A stretch of DNA of 64,000 nt from assembly GCA_964513465.1 (NCBI GenBank), contig CAZEMR010000004.1:550-64549 (forward strand). Reading direction: 5' to 3'. Both the position numbers and the translations under genes were made by a program. The notes beneath the pieces are model-generated. The model saw nothing but the letters and a program-made list of their open reading frames with translations, made no database searches and was not told the DNA's origin. Below are positions 56,823 to 64,000 of the stretch, piece by piece (positions within the stretch are counted from its first letter, which is position 1; every line of letters starts with the position of its first letter). The DNA is from an uncultured Hyphomicrobiales bacterium (GTDB lineage Bacteria > Bacteroidota > Ignavibacteria > Kapaibacteriales > UBA2268).

Positions 56823-58718
56823 CTCTATCGACATTCGCACCTCCGGATTGTCCGGATCGATCTCCAGTGCCAGCTGATATGCCTTGACTGCGGTCTCCCG
56901 CTGATTGGTATATTGCGCGTATCGGCCGATATTCATGATATTTATCGCCGCGGTCTGGCGAATGCCTTCCTCGAGATGTCCGCCGCCTGCCGAGGATTCG
57001 ATGAATCGCTTCAGATTGAAATTATCGATCGTAACCTCTCTGCCTTCATGATCCCTGACCAGCCGGAAAGTAAAGCCTTCGGGCACTTTGCGATAATCCT
57101 TTGCCACATCCGGCTCTGACTGGACGATATCCAGCGTGATATATACCGGGCGATTCTCGTAATTCCGATCAATAAATGAATTGAGCATATTTACAAATGC
57201 CGCCTGCAAACGATTCGCATCATATGGCAGATCAGCTTCGAAGCGCTCGAGCAATTTCTCGAAATCTCCGACCGGCGCTTCCGATTTTTCCATCAATTCC
57301 GGATACCATAGCCGGAGCTGCTTCGGATACCAGGTTCGGCGCAGCAATTCCTTTTCGACGAGCGCGACGTCCGGCCGGTAGCCTTCCACCCGCTGCTTAT
57401 ACCAGAACGCCGAGCACCAGTAGTCCCACTGCGATGAGATAATAATTGCGTCAGGCCGGAGCTGATCGACAAGATTAGTAGTATAATCTTCGACGAGATA
57501 ATTATCCGAGCGATCGTTTTCGTCAAGATTGATTATAAAAGATATTAACGGAATTAAAAGCGCAAGATGTATAATTTTCGGATATTTACGCGCAAAGAGC
57601 CATATTCCCGCGGCCATGAAGAGTATCAGCACAATGAAAGCAAGCGAAAAATACGGATCGATGTCATGAATCGAGTAATTCATAGTATACAAAACACACG
57701 CTATGAATAGCAGTGCCATCGCCCAGAATAGGCGCTGCGATTTGCGCCAGAATGCGATTATCCCGGCTAATGCGCCGACCAGACCGATCCAGCCGACCTG
57801 CTTTGGCATTAGCACTATGAATTTCAGAAGATTATCGCCCCAAAGCGATGCGTCCGAAAACATCCAAACCTGATATTGGCGGCCGCTGACGTGATACATA
57901 AATTTATCCAGCGAGCGGTGCACCCAGCCCCAGTTGAACTCGGGCAGCATAGCGCTGCGAATCGGAAGATATAAATATAAGCTCAGGCCGATTACAAATG
58001 GAATTATCATCAAAAATTTTGTGCGCCACGAAGGCCTCTCGCCCACCGGCGGCATGAAGAAAAGCATCGCGAATCCGGGCAGTATCAGCAGTGTGGTCAT
58101 ATGATTCGCAAAGCCCAGCCCCAATAGCAGCGCCGCCAGCATAAACGTCCTATCGCGCGATTCGGCAATCGTCGCCGCGCGGAAGCTTACCCACAAGATG
58201 AGATTAATCACCAGCAATTGCAGCGAATAAACTTCGATCGAAAGGCCCTGCTGCCATATCGTCGCGGCGGCGGCATAGGTCAGCGCCGATGCAAACGCCA
58301 GCAGCAACACGGAATTAGCCTCAAGCACCGGACGCGGGGTGTCGGATTTTTTGCCCTTTTTGGATTTTGCGGGCAACTCCATATTTATATATAATAACAC
58401 ATCGCGCGAGAGCAGGTAGAATACCATCGCCGAGAGCGCGGTCATAACTCCTGCGAAAATATTGAGCAGAAAGACGTCGCTGCCGAACAGCAGGCTCCAC
58501 AAATGGCCAAGCAGCGTAAACAGCGGATATCCCGTGGGATGCGCAATACCCAGGGTGACGCAGACCCCGGCAAGCTCGCCGCTGTCTGTGAACGTCAGCC
58601 CCGGCGCCATAGTGAAAATATAAAGCAGAAGCGGAATGAATAGCGAACCGATCGTGTAAAGCTGATTTTCGCGGTTTTTCATAATATTTGCCCGAAATGT
58701 ATTTGTGACTTCAGGCAA
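56808..58718 (-). CDS. polytopic membrane protein, DUF2723/PMT-like glycosyltransferase fold with C-terminal TPR
   Basis: 636 aa. About 11 predicted TM helices in the N-terminal 400 aa. Soluble C-terminal domain ending in a TPR-like 'AVKAYQLALEIDPDNPEVRMSIESL'. Confidence 0.55.
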   Translation of the reverse strand: MPEVTNTFRANIMKNRENQLYTIGSLFIPLLLYIFTMAPGLTFTDSGELAGVCVTLGIAHPTGYPLFTLLGHLWSLLFGSDVFLLNIFAGVMTALSAMVFYLLSRDVLLYINMELPAKSKKGKKSDTPRPVLEANSVLLLAFASALTYAAAATIWQQGLSIEVYSLQLLVINLILWVSFRAATIAESRDRTFMLAALLLGLGFANHMTTLLILPGFAMLFFMPPVGERPSWRTKFLMIIPFVIGLSLYLYLPIRSAMLPEFNWGWVHRSLDKFMYHVSGRQYQVWMFSDASLWGDNLLKFIVLMPKQVGWIGLVGALAGIIAFWRKSQRLFWAMALLFIACVLYTMNYSIHDIDPYFSLAFIVLILFMAAGIWLFARKYPKIIHLALLIPLISFIINLDENDRSDNYLVEDYTTNLVDQLRPDAIIISSQWDYWCSAFWYKQRVEGYRPDVALVEKELLRRTWYPKQLRLWYPELMEKSEAPVGDFEKLLERFEADLPYDANRLQAAFVNMLNSFIDRNYENRPVYITLDIVQSEPDVAKDYRKVPEGFTFRLVRDHEGREVTIDNFNLKRFIESSAGGGHLEEGIRQTAAINIMNIGRYAQYTNQRETAVKAYQLALEIDPDNPEVRMSIESLSR

Positions 58719-58750
58719 ATATAATAAATGAGCGGCAAATTCCGAACCCG

Positions 58751-59179
58751 CTATCGGCTGATGTCGCGTGTGATTGCTGCGTAGGCGTCCTCGGTTTCGT
58801 AGAGGTGCAGCGTCACGCGATGGACATTCTCATATTTTTCGAATTCCGGAGCGATCAGATCCATCAATATCGCCACGAGATTTTCGGCCGTTGAATATTC
58901 GTCGATCACCACTTTTTTGAAATTCATTTTATCGAGGAATTCGAGCACTTCCTTGTCCTCTCGCGCGCAGACGAAGGCATGATCGAATTTGTCGATAATC
59001 GGCCGCACAATGCCGCGCATGACGTAATAATCGACTACGATACCAAGCTCGTTGCGTTCGCCCTCGAGCTCGACGCGCAATTTATACGTGTGGCCGTGGA
59101 TATTTTTGCATAGCCCCTCATGAAAGGGCAGGCGGTGGCTCATCGCCCAGCGGAACTCCTTTGCTATTCTGAACCCCAT
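58751..59179 (-). CDS. queD: 6-carboxy-5,6,7,8-tetrahydropterin synthase
   Basis: 142 aa. 'FRWAMSHRLP...CKNIHGHTYKLRVEL' (CxxxHGH zinc motif of the PTPS/QueD family). Confidence 0.85.
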   Translation of the reverse strand: MGFRIAKEFRWAMSHRLPFHEGLCKNIHGHTYKLRVELEGERNELGIVVDYYVMRGIVRPIIDKFDHAFVCAREDKEVLEFLDKMNFKKVVIDEYSTAENLVAILMDLIAPEFEKYENVHRVTLHLYETEDAYAAITRDISR

Positions 59180-59180
59180 A

Positions 59181-59543
59181 TCAATCCTCGTCTTTTTTGT
59201 AGGTGGCTTTGATTATTGAGTGCATACCGCCGCGGGTCTTCCAGTCGGTGACTATTTCCATTTCGAGCGGGCTGCATGCCGCGACGAGATCGTCCAGTAT
59301 CACATTTGTAACTGCTTCGTAGAAAATGCCCTTGTTGCGGAAATCGAGGAAATAATATTTCAGCGCTTTCAGCTCGAGGCACTCCTTATCCGGGATATAG
59401 CGGATCTGCACGGTGCCGAAATCCGGCAGCCCCGTTTTCGGGCAAACGGATGTGAATTCCGGGTTGTAATGCGTAATTTCGTAAGGGCGCTGGGGCGCGG
59501 GGTTTGGGAAAGTCTCTATATTGATTGCTTTATTCTCAGGCAT
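59181..59543 (-). CDS. queF: NADPH-dependent 7-cyano-7-deazaguanine reductase (unimodular type)
   Basis: 120 aa from 'MPENKAINIETFPNP...' with QueF motif 'EFTSVCPKTGLPDFGTVQIRYIP' (catalytic Cys) and 'E(S/L)K(S/A)LK'. Start coordinate approximate (±1 nt from my manual count). The ORF-track N-terminal extension to 59987 overlaps rlmB on the other strand and is not used. Confidence 0.75.
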   Translation of the reverse strand: MPENKAINIETFPNPAPQRPYEITHYNPEFTSVCPKTGLPDFGTVQIRYIPDKECLELKALKYYFLDFRNKGIFYEAVTNVILDDLVAACSPLEMEIVTDWKTRGGMHSIIKATYKKDED

Positions 59544-59645
59544 TTCATATCTCTTAATATATTTAAGCAAATTTTTTGATTCAGACGAAATTATTTTTAC
59601 TATATTAATAAATTCTTTAAAAAATAAACGCGAAAAATTCGAATC

Positions 59646-60404
59646 ATGAACGAATCTAATTATATATATGGCCGGAATGCCGTGCTGGAAGCCATTAATT
59701 CCGGACAGAATATCGAGAAAATTTTTATCTCGTTCACTGCAAAAGGCGCCGCGGTGACGGCGATTTATACCGCCGCGAAGAAGAATTCCATCCCGCTGGT
59801 GCGCTATGATCGCAAAAAATTCGATCGACTCGAACGCGATGCTCTGCCTCGCGAGGCTAACTCGCAGGGCGTGATCGCGCTCGCCGGTCAGATCGAATAT
59901 ACACCGATCGACGATATGATCCGCAAGGCTTATGAACGCTCGGAGCACCCCGTAATCGTCGTGCTCGACGGCATAAACGATCCGCATAATCTCGGCGCAA
60001 TCGCGCGCTCGGCCGAGTGCTCGGGCGCTGCCGGAATGGTCTTGCCCGAACGCAATTCAGCACCAGTAAGCCCAGCCGCAGTGAAGGCATCCGCCGGGGC
60101 ACTGGAACATCTGCCGGTTGCCCGCGAGGGTAATCTCGGAGTCGCACTCGACAGATTGAAAGAAGCCGGATTCTGGATCGTCGGGTCGGATATTTCGGGA
60201 GATAAGTATTATTACGAAATGGATTATAAAATGCCGGTGGCGCTGATTACCGGCAGCGAAGGCCGCGGGATGCGCCCCTCGATTGCGAATCGCTGCGATT
60301 TTCTGATAAAAATTCCTATGCGCGGCGAGATCGAATCGCTCAATGCCTCGGTGGCGACCGGCGTAATATTATTCGAAATATTGCGCAGCCGTCAATCGGA
60401 TTAA
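59646..60404 (+). CDS. rlmB: 23S rRNA 2'-O-ribose methyltransferase, SpoU/TrmH family (RlmB-like)
   Basis: 252 aa. N-terminal L30e-like substrate-binding domain. SPOUT motifs 'VVLDGINDPHNLGAIARSA', 'ALITGSEGRGM', 'IPMRGEIESLNASVATGVILFE'. Confidence 0.8.
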   Translation: MNESNYIYGRNAVLEAINSGQNIEKIFISFTAKGAAVTAIYTAAKKNSIPLVRYDRKKFDRLERDALPREANSQGVIALAGQIEYTPIDDMIRKAYERSEHPVIVVLDGINDPHNLGAIARSAECSGAAGMVLPERNSAPVSPAAVKASAGALEHLPVAREGNLGVALDRLKEAGFWIVGSDISGDKYYYEMDYKMPVALITGSEGRGMRPSIANRCDFLIKIPMRGEIESLNASVATGVILFEILRSRQSD

Positions 60405-60910
60405 TCGATAACGCGGCCGAATCCCGTTCGCCTGGACGAAAGCCAGTAATCATCGAGCGACTGGCGGATTACTCCACGCGAGCTTGATGCGTGGACGATT
60501 TCGTTGCCGCCGAGATATACCCCCACATGCGAGACTCTGCCGCCCTCGCTGAAAAACACCAGATCGCCCGGATCCGCAATGGATTCGGGAATAATTCGCG
60601 CATTTTCGTACTGGCTGGCCGCGGTGCGCGGCAGTTCGATGCCTGCGCTCATAAATACGCTCTGCACAAAGCCGGAGCAGTCCGTGCATGAGCGGTCCTC
60701 GCCTCCGAAGCAGTATGGCACGCCGATCCAGCGCATTGCCTCGGCGATGACAGCGCTGCGTCGGTAATCATAGCTGATTTCGCGCTTCCCTATGCGCTCT
60801 GGCGGCCTGGAATTACTCGCGGAGTATCTGACAGCCGGCGAGCAGGCCGCAAGCGTCAGGGCCGCCATGAGCGCCATAACAATATATATTGTCCGGCGCT
60901 GCATAATCAC
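60401..60910 (-). CDS. NlpC/P60-family (C40) cell-wall peptidase
   Basis: 169 aa with signal/lipoprotein-like N-terminus ('LTLAACS'). Catalytic 'CSGFVQSVF' Cys and downstream 'SHVGVYLG' His. Confidence 0.8.
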   Translation of the reverse strand: MIMQRRTIYIVMALMAALTLAACSPAVRYSASNSRPPERIGKREISYDYRRSAVIAEAMRWIGVPYCFGGEDRSCTDCSGFVQSVFMSAGIELPRTAASQYENARIIPESIADPGDLVFFSEGGRVSHVGVYLGGNEIVHASSSRGVIRQSLDDYWLSSRRTGFGRVID

Positions 60911-61142
60911 CTGAAGCTGATTTCATCCGGGGCGACGTAGTTGACATCTTTTTCTTTCCGGATGAATAATTTCTTTGAATTTTTAATAAAATTGATTCTC
61001 AGGTCGCTGTTAAGCAGCAGAAATCCTGCTGCTGCTAAAATAATAAAGCCCGCTTTGAGAAGAGCCGGATTCATAGTGTCCCCCTTTTTGCAATAATTAA
61101 ATTTTGTACATAAAAATTATTGCAATTATTATGCCATATTTT

Positions 61143-62063
61143 TCAAAGGGAATTCGTAATCGTCAGAACCGCCAGATATATAAATACGGCGGGCATTACG
61201 AATATGATGCTGTCGAAGCGGTCGAGCGCGCCGCCGTGGCCGGGGATCAGATTGGAGCTGTCCTTGACTCCTGCGTCGCGTTTGAGCTGGCTTTCCGAGA
61301 GGTCGCCGATCTGGCCGATAGTCCCCACGATTGCTCCGATTATCACCGCATGAACCGGCGGGAATTGCGGGATTAAAAATGCGGCCATAGCGGTCATCCC
61401 GGCGATGCCACCGATGAATCCGCCGACTGCGCCTTCCCATGTCTTTTTGGGGCTGACGCGCGGGGCGAGCTTGTGGCTGCCGATTGCCCGGCCTGTGAAA
61501 TACGCCGCCGAATCGCATATCCAGATGGCGGCCATCACGCTGAGCAGCAGCCATCCCCAGTCGGCGTACTGCATTTGCGTGAGCACAGCGCTTTCGAGCG
61601 GTCGTATATGAAAGAAGTGGTAATTATGAATATGCCAAAAATAGAAATTGCCGAATTCGCGGATGCCGATCAGCGACGATAATAGTAAGGGTATATATAA
61701 AAACCCGGTGAGCATGGCGCCAACGCCGTTGAGCGCGCCTTCGCCGCCGGAGCGGAGCTGGAGCATGAACGAGATTAAGACGATCAGGATAATTTCGAAA
61801 AAAATCAGAAAAAATGCCTCGCCGGGCATTCCGTGCGAATAAGTCACCCAAAACGAGCCGATCAGAATGAGCGAAAGAAATATCCCCGCCATACGCGGCA
61901 AAGCGAGGGTTTTATTTTCTGCGATTGTATAGAATTCATTGACCGATAGCGCAGTCAGCACGGCGATAAATACGAAAAAAAGCCAGCCGCCATACCAGAC
62001 GATCAGCACGGCAAGGGGTATGCCTACCGCCGCCACTGCGACGCGTTTTGCGAGATTACTCAT
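61143..62063 (-). CDS. cdsA: phosphatidate cytidylyltransferase
   Basis: 306 aa membrane protein. C-terminal CdsA signature 'SQLKRDAGVKDSSNLIPGHGGALDRFDSIIF'. Confidence 0.85.
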   Translation of the reverse strand: MSNLAKRVAVAAVGIPLAVLIVWYGGWLFFVFIAVLTALSVNEFYTIAENKTLALPRMAGIFLSLILIGSFWVTYSHGMPGEAFFLIFFEIILIVLISFMLQLRSGGEGALNGVGAMLTGFLYIPLLLSSLIGIREFGNFYFWHIHNYHFFHIRPLESAVLTQMQYADWGWLLLSVMAAIWICDSAAYFTGRAIGSHKLAPRVSPKKTWEGAVGGFIGGIAGMTAMAAFLIPQFPPVHAVIIGAIVGTIGQIGDLSESQLKRDAGVKDSSNLIPGHGGALDRFDSIIFVMPAVFIYLAVLTITNSL

Positions 62064-62412
62064 TTTTTCCTTTTGGGTTTGTAATTATTTTCCTGGGTTG
62101 GGGCATGGAATCCGCGGGTTTGCGCATTTCCTCGGCTTCGCGGCGGGCGCGCAATCTAAGCGAATCTACCATTTTTATGAACTGATCGCGGTCTTCGGCC
62201 ATTTCGAAATATTTGCTCCGGAATTCCGGCTCGGTGAATCCGTGGCTACGGAGGGCGCTGTCGACTTTTCGTGCGGCGCGGAGCGAGTCGGTTTCGAGTT
62301 CGCGAATGAGCAGAACGTCGTGGTATGCGTCCATAAATCGCTGGCGGTCGGCACCGGAATCGCCGCATGCCACGAGAGCCGCGAGTATAAATATATATAT
62401 CAGATTTTTCAT
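62056..62412 (-). CDS. small lipoprotein (hypothetical)
   Basis: 118 aa. Lipobox 'LAALVAC'. Charged helical remainder. 8-nt overlap with cdsA start. Confidence 0.5.
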   Translation of the reverse strand: MKNLIYIFILAALVACGDSGADRQRFMDAYHDVLLIRELETDSLRAARKVDSALRSHGFTEPEFRSKYFEMAEDRDQFIKMVDSLRLRARREAEEMRKPADSMPQPRKIITNPKGKNE

Positions 62413-62558
62413 GAATCCCGAAAAATTATAAATGAATAAATTTGTTTACCAAAAATATGGTAATGAATTCTATTTTCAAAATATTGGCGTAATAACATTC
62501 TACTAATATAAACGTATTTTATTTATATATTTCAGAAATTTTCCTTAGTATTATCGAG

Positions 62559-63023
62559 GTGAAAATGAAAAAATATTTGTCAATTGTCGCGCTTTCAATT
62601 TTTTTGTTCGGCTGTCATGAATTAGTTGAAGAAAAGAAGATTGTTGATGATTTTTATCTCGTTGCCGTTGATTCCAGGGAAGATGCAATAGTTTCAATTA
62701 AGGCGGGTGACAGCGATAATTATATCGGGCTGACTCATCCTGTAATTGTTGCATATGGATTCAGTAATAATTATTTATTTATGAAGCATATTCCGGTTTC
62801 TTATATCGAGTATACTGAAGATTTTGGTCCCGATCAATTCAATTATTATATATTGAGGCACTCAGAAAAAATAGATGAATATAATTTTGAAAAATTTCTC
62901 TTGGGTCCGCTTAATTATTCCGATTTTATTGATTTCTGTGAATCCATTGGGATTGATCCGGATGACATATTTAAAAATAAATATGGCGCGGATTACTGCA
63001 AGTCATTTCCTGGATTATTATGA
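62559..63023 (+). CDS. small lipoprotein (hypothetical), AT-rich gene
   Basis: 154 aa. Lipobox 'IFLFGC'. Coding sequence ~35% GC versus ~58% surroundings. Confidence 0.5.
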   Translation: MKMKKYLSIVALSIFLFGCHELVEEKKIVDDFYLVAVDSREDAIVSIKAGDSDNYIGLTHPVIVAYGFSNNYLFMKHIPVSYIEYTEDFGPDQFNYYILRHSEKIDEYNFEKFLLGPLNYSDFIDFCESIGIDPDDIFKNKYGADYCKSFPGLL

Positions 63024-63040
63024 TTTTCTGATTTCTTTAA

Positions 63041-63080
63041 ATAAAAAAAGCCCCGGACTTAATTGCCCGGGGCTTGATTT
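63041..63080. terminator. bidirectional rho-independent terminator
   Basis: A7-AAGCCCCGG-acttaattg-CCGGGGCTT. The A-run reads as a U-run for the minus-strand gene ending at 63099. Also closes the plus-strand lipoprotein gene. Confidence 0.65.
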
Positions 63081-63098
63081 ATCTATGCTGCAAGCGGC

Positions 63099-64000
63099 TT
63101 ATTTGACGAGGACAATCTGTTTTGTCATCGTGTAGCCGGCTGCGCGCATGGTCATGAAGTATGTACCCGAAGAGAGGTTCATATCGCGTGCATTGAGTTC
63201 GAACTCGTTAACGCCGGCATTTGCATCGCCGTCGTATACTGTTCCGATAACGCGGCCGTTAACGTCGGTCAGCGTAATCGTTACGTGAGTCGAATATGCC
63301 GCAGCGAACTTCACTGTGGTAGCTTCGTGGAACGGGTTCGGTGTATTCGAGATAAGTGCGAATCCGCCGGTAACCGGTTCTTCAACGCTGGTGTTGTTGG
63401 ATTTGGTTACGGTCACAACCGAGGCATCGGACATAACGGAACCGCACTGGTTGAACACTTCGACAGTGTATGTGCCGGATTCGTTGGTTGTTGCCTGTGC
63501 CACATAGAATGTGGAGCTGGTTTCGCCTGTGATTTCGGTGCCGTCTTTATACCACTGATATGTAAGCGGGTCTGTGCCTGTTGCTTCGACCGAAAGGGTG
63601 AATTCCTTATCGGTGTCTACTGCAACTGTAGGCTCGGGCTGTGCTGTAATCACCGGAGGCATGTTCACTTCGAGCATACCGGGATCGGATACTTCGCTGA
63701 TGTTGCCGGGTGTTACAGTTACTTCGCATGTGTATTCGCCTTCTTCGGCGGGTGTTACGTTGCTGATTACGAGGGTTGCGGTGGTTGCGCCTGCAACATC
63801 GCCGCCGTCAACGAGGTCGACTCCGTCGAGCATCCACTGGTAGGTCAGGGCTGTGCCTGTGCCTGTGGGCTGTGCTTCAACTTCGAAAGTAACGTCTTCG
63901 CCCATGCAGACTTCGTGGTCCATCGGCTGTTCGGTGATTTCGAGGCCGGGGCCTTCTGCGATAGCAACGTTAACTGTCTGAGCTTCGCCGCAAAGTCCGA
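63099..64000 (-). CDS. Ig-like-repeat secreted protein, T9SS cargo (3' part; gene continues beyond window end)
   Basis: Repeated ~85-aa Ig-like modules ('...CEVTVTPGNISEVSDP', '...YTVEVFNQCGSVMSDASVVTVT'). Type-A CTD 'NTPNPFHEATTVKFAA...GTYFMTMRAAGYTMTKQIVLVK'. Reading frame stays open to position 64000, so the ATG at 63923 is not the true start. Confidence 0.75.
   Translation of the reverse strand, partial: GLCGEAQTVNVAIAEGPGLEITEQPMDHEVCMGEDVTFEVEAQPTGTGTALTYQWMLDGVDLVDGGDVAGATTATLVISNVTPAEEGEYTCEVTVTPGNISEVSDPGMLEVNMPPVITAQPEPTVAVDTDKEFTLSVEATGTDPLTYQWYKDGTEITGETSSTFYVAQATTNESGTYTVEVFNQCGSVMSDASVVTVTKSNNTSVEEPVTGGFALISNTPNPFHEATTVKFAAAYSTHVTITLTDVNGRVIGTVYDGDANAGVNEFELNARDMNLSSGTYFMTMRAAGYTMTKQIVLVK

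Noticed and set aside
59544-59987. N-terminal 148-aa extension of the queF ORF in the ORF track
   Set aside because: The extension overlaps the convincingly homologous rlmB gene on the opposite strand and has no QueF type-I N-terminal motifs. The unimodular 120-aa QueF from 'MPENKAI' is complete on its own.
1-64000. CRISPR arrays, IS elements, integrases, rRNA genes
   Set aside because: Scanned for regularly spaced direct repeats, DDE/tyrosine-recombinase motifs and rRNA-like conserved stretches. None were found. The only short tandem repeats are the DnaA-box-like 9-mers.

Overview
High-GC (~58%) bacterial chromosomal window. It carries about 40 genes, one tRNA-Gln(TTG), and several rho-independent terminators. 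No CRISPR array, rRNA or obvious transposase is present.

Housekeeping genes (sequence-supported): comM/yifB, lgt, dapA, pth-rplY(ctc)-prs, trmB, mlaE, nrdJ, lolD-like ABC ATPase, ECF sigma factor, rpoN (sigma-54), pyrD-like, queD-queF, rlmB, cdsA, NlpC/P60.

Surface cargo: at least eight large secreted proteins are interleaved with these. Each ends in the ~80-aa C-terminal beta-sandwich sorting domain typical of type IX secretion (T9SS, type A, '...YPNPA...' motif). That domain, sigma-54, the DUF3109-rpoN linkage and the gene order point to a member of the FCB superphylum. The likeliest source is a Bacteroidota-related lineage (Rhodothermota, Ignavibacteriota or Balneolota-like). No species can be named.

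Most striking region: an ~18.3-kb block of three consecutive minus-strand genes (2779..21024) encoding 2112-, 1467- and 2322-aa proteins. The two giants are paralogs. Each has LamG/concanavalin-like modules, BNR/Asp-box-like Ig repeats, an unmistakable dockerin-type-I-like Ca-binding duplicated segment, and a T9SS CTD. They flank a beta-helix-like repeat protein with FN3 and PPC domains.

Other notable items:
- A pair of gingipain/C25-like (clan CD) genes. One is split by two in-frame stop codons.
- A cluster of four direct DnaA-box-like 9-mers (TTTTCCACA) in a 600-bp AT-rich intergenic region between divergent nrdJ and a PAP2 phosphatase gene.
- A tocopherol-cyclase-like gene.
- Two leucine-rich-repeat proteins.
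- An anti-sigma factor with an unusual C-terminal module.
- An AT-rich, compositionally foreign lipoprotein gene.

All calls rest on reading the translated ORFs and the DNA by eye. No database searches were run.
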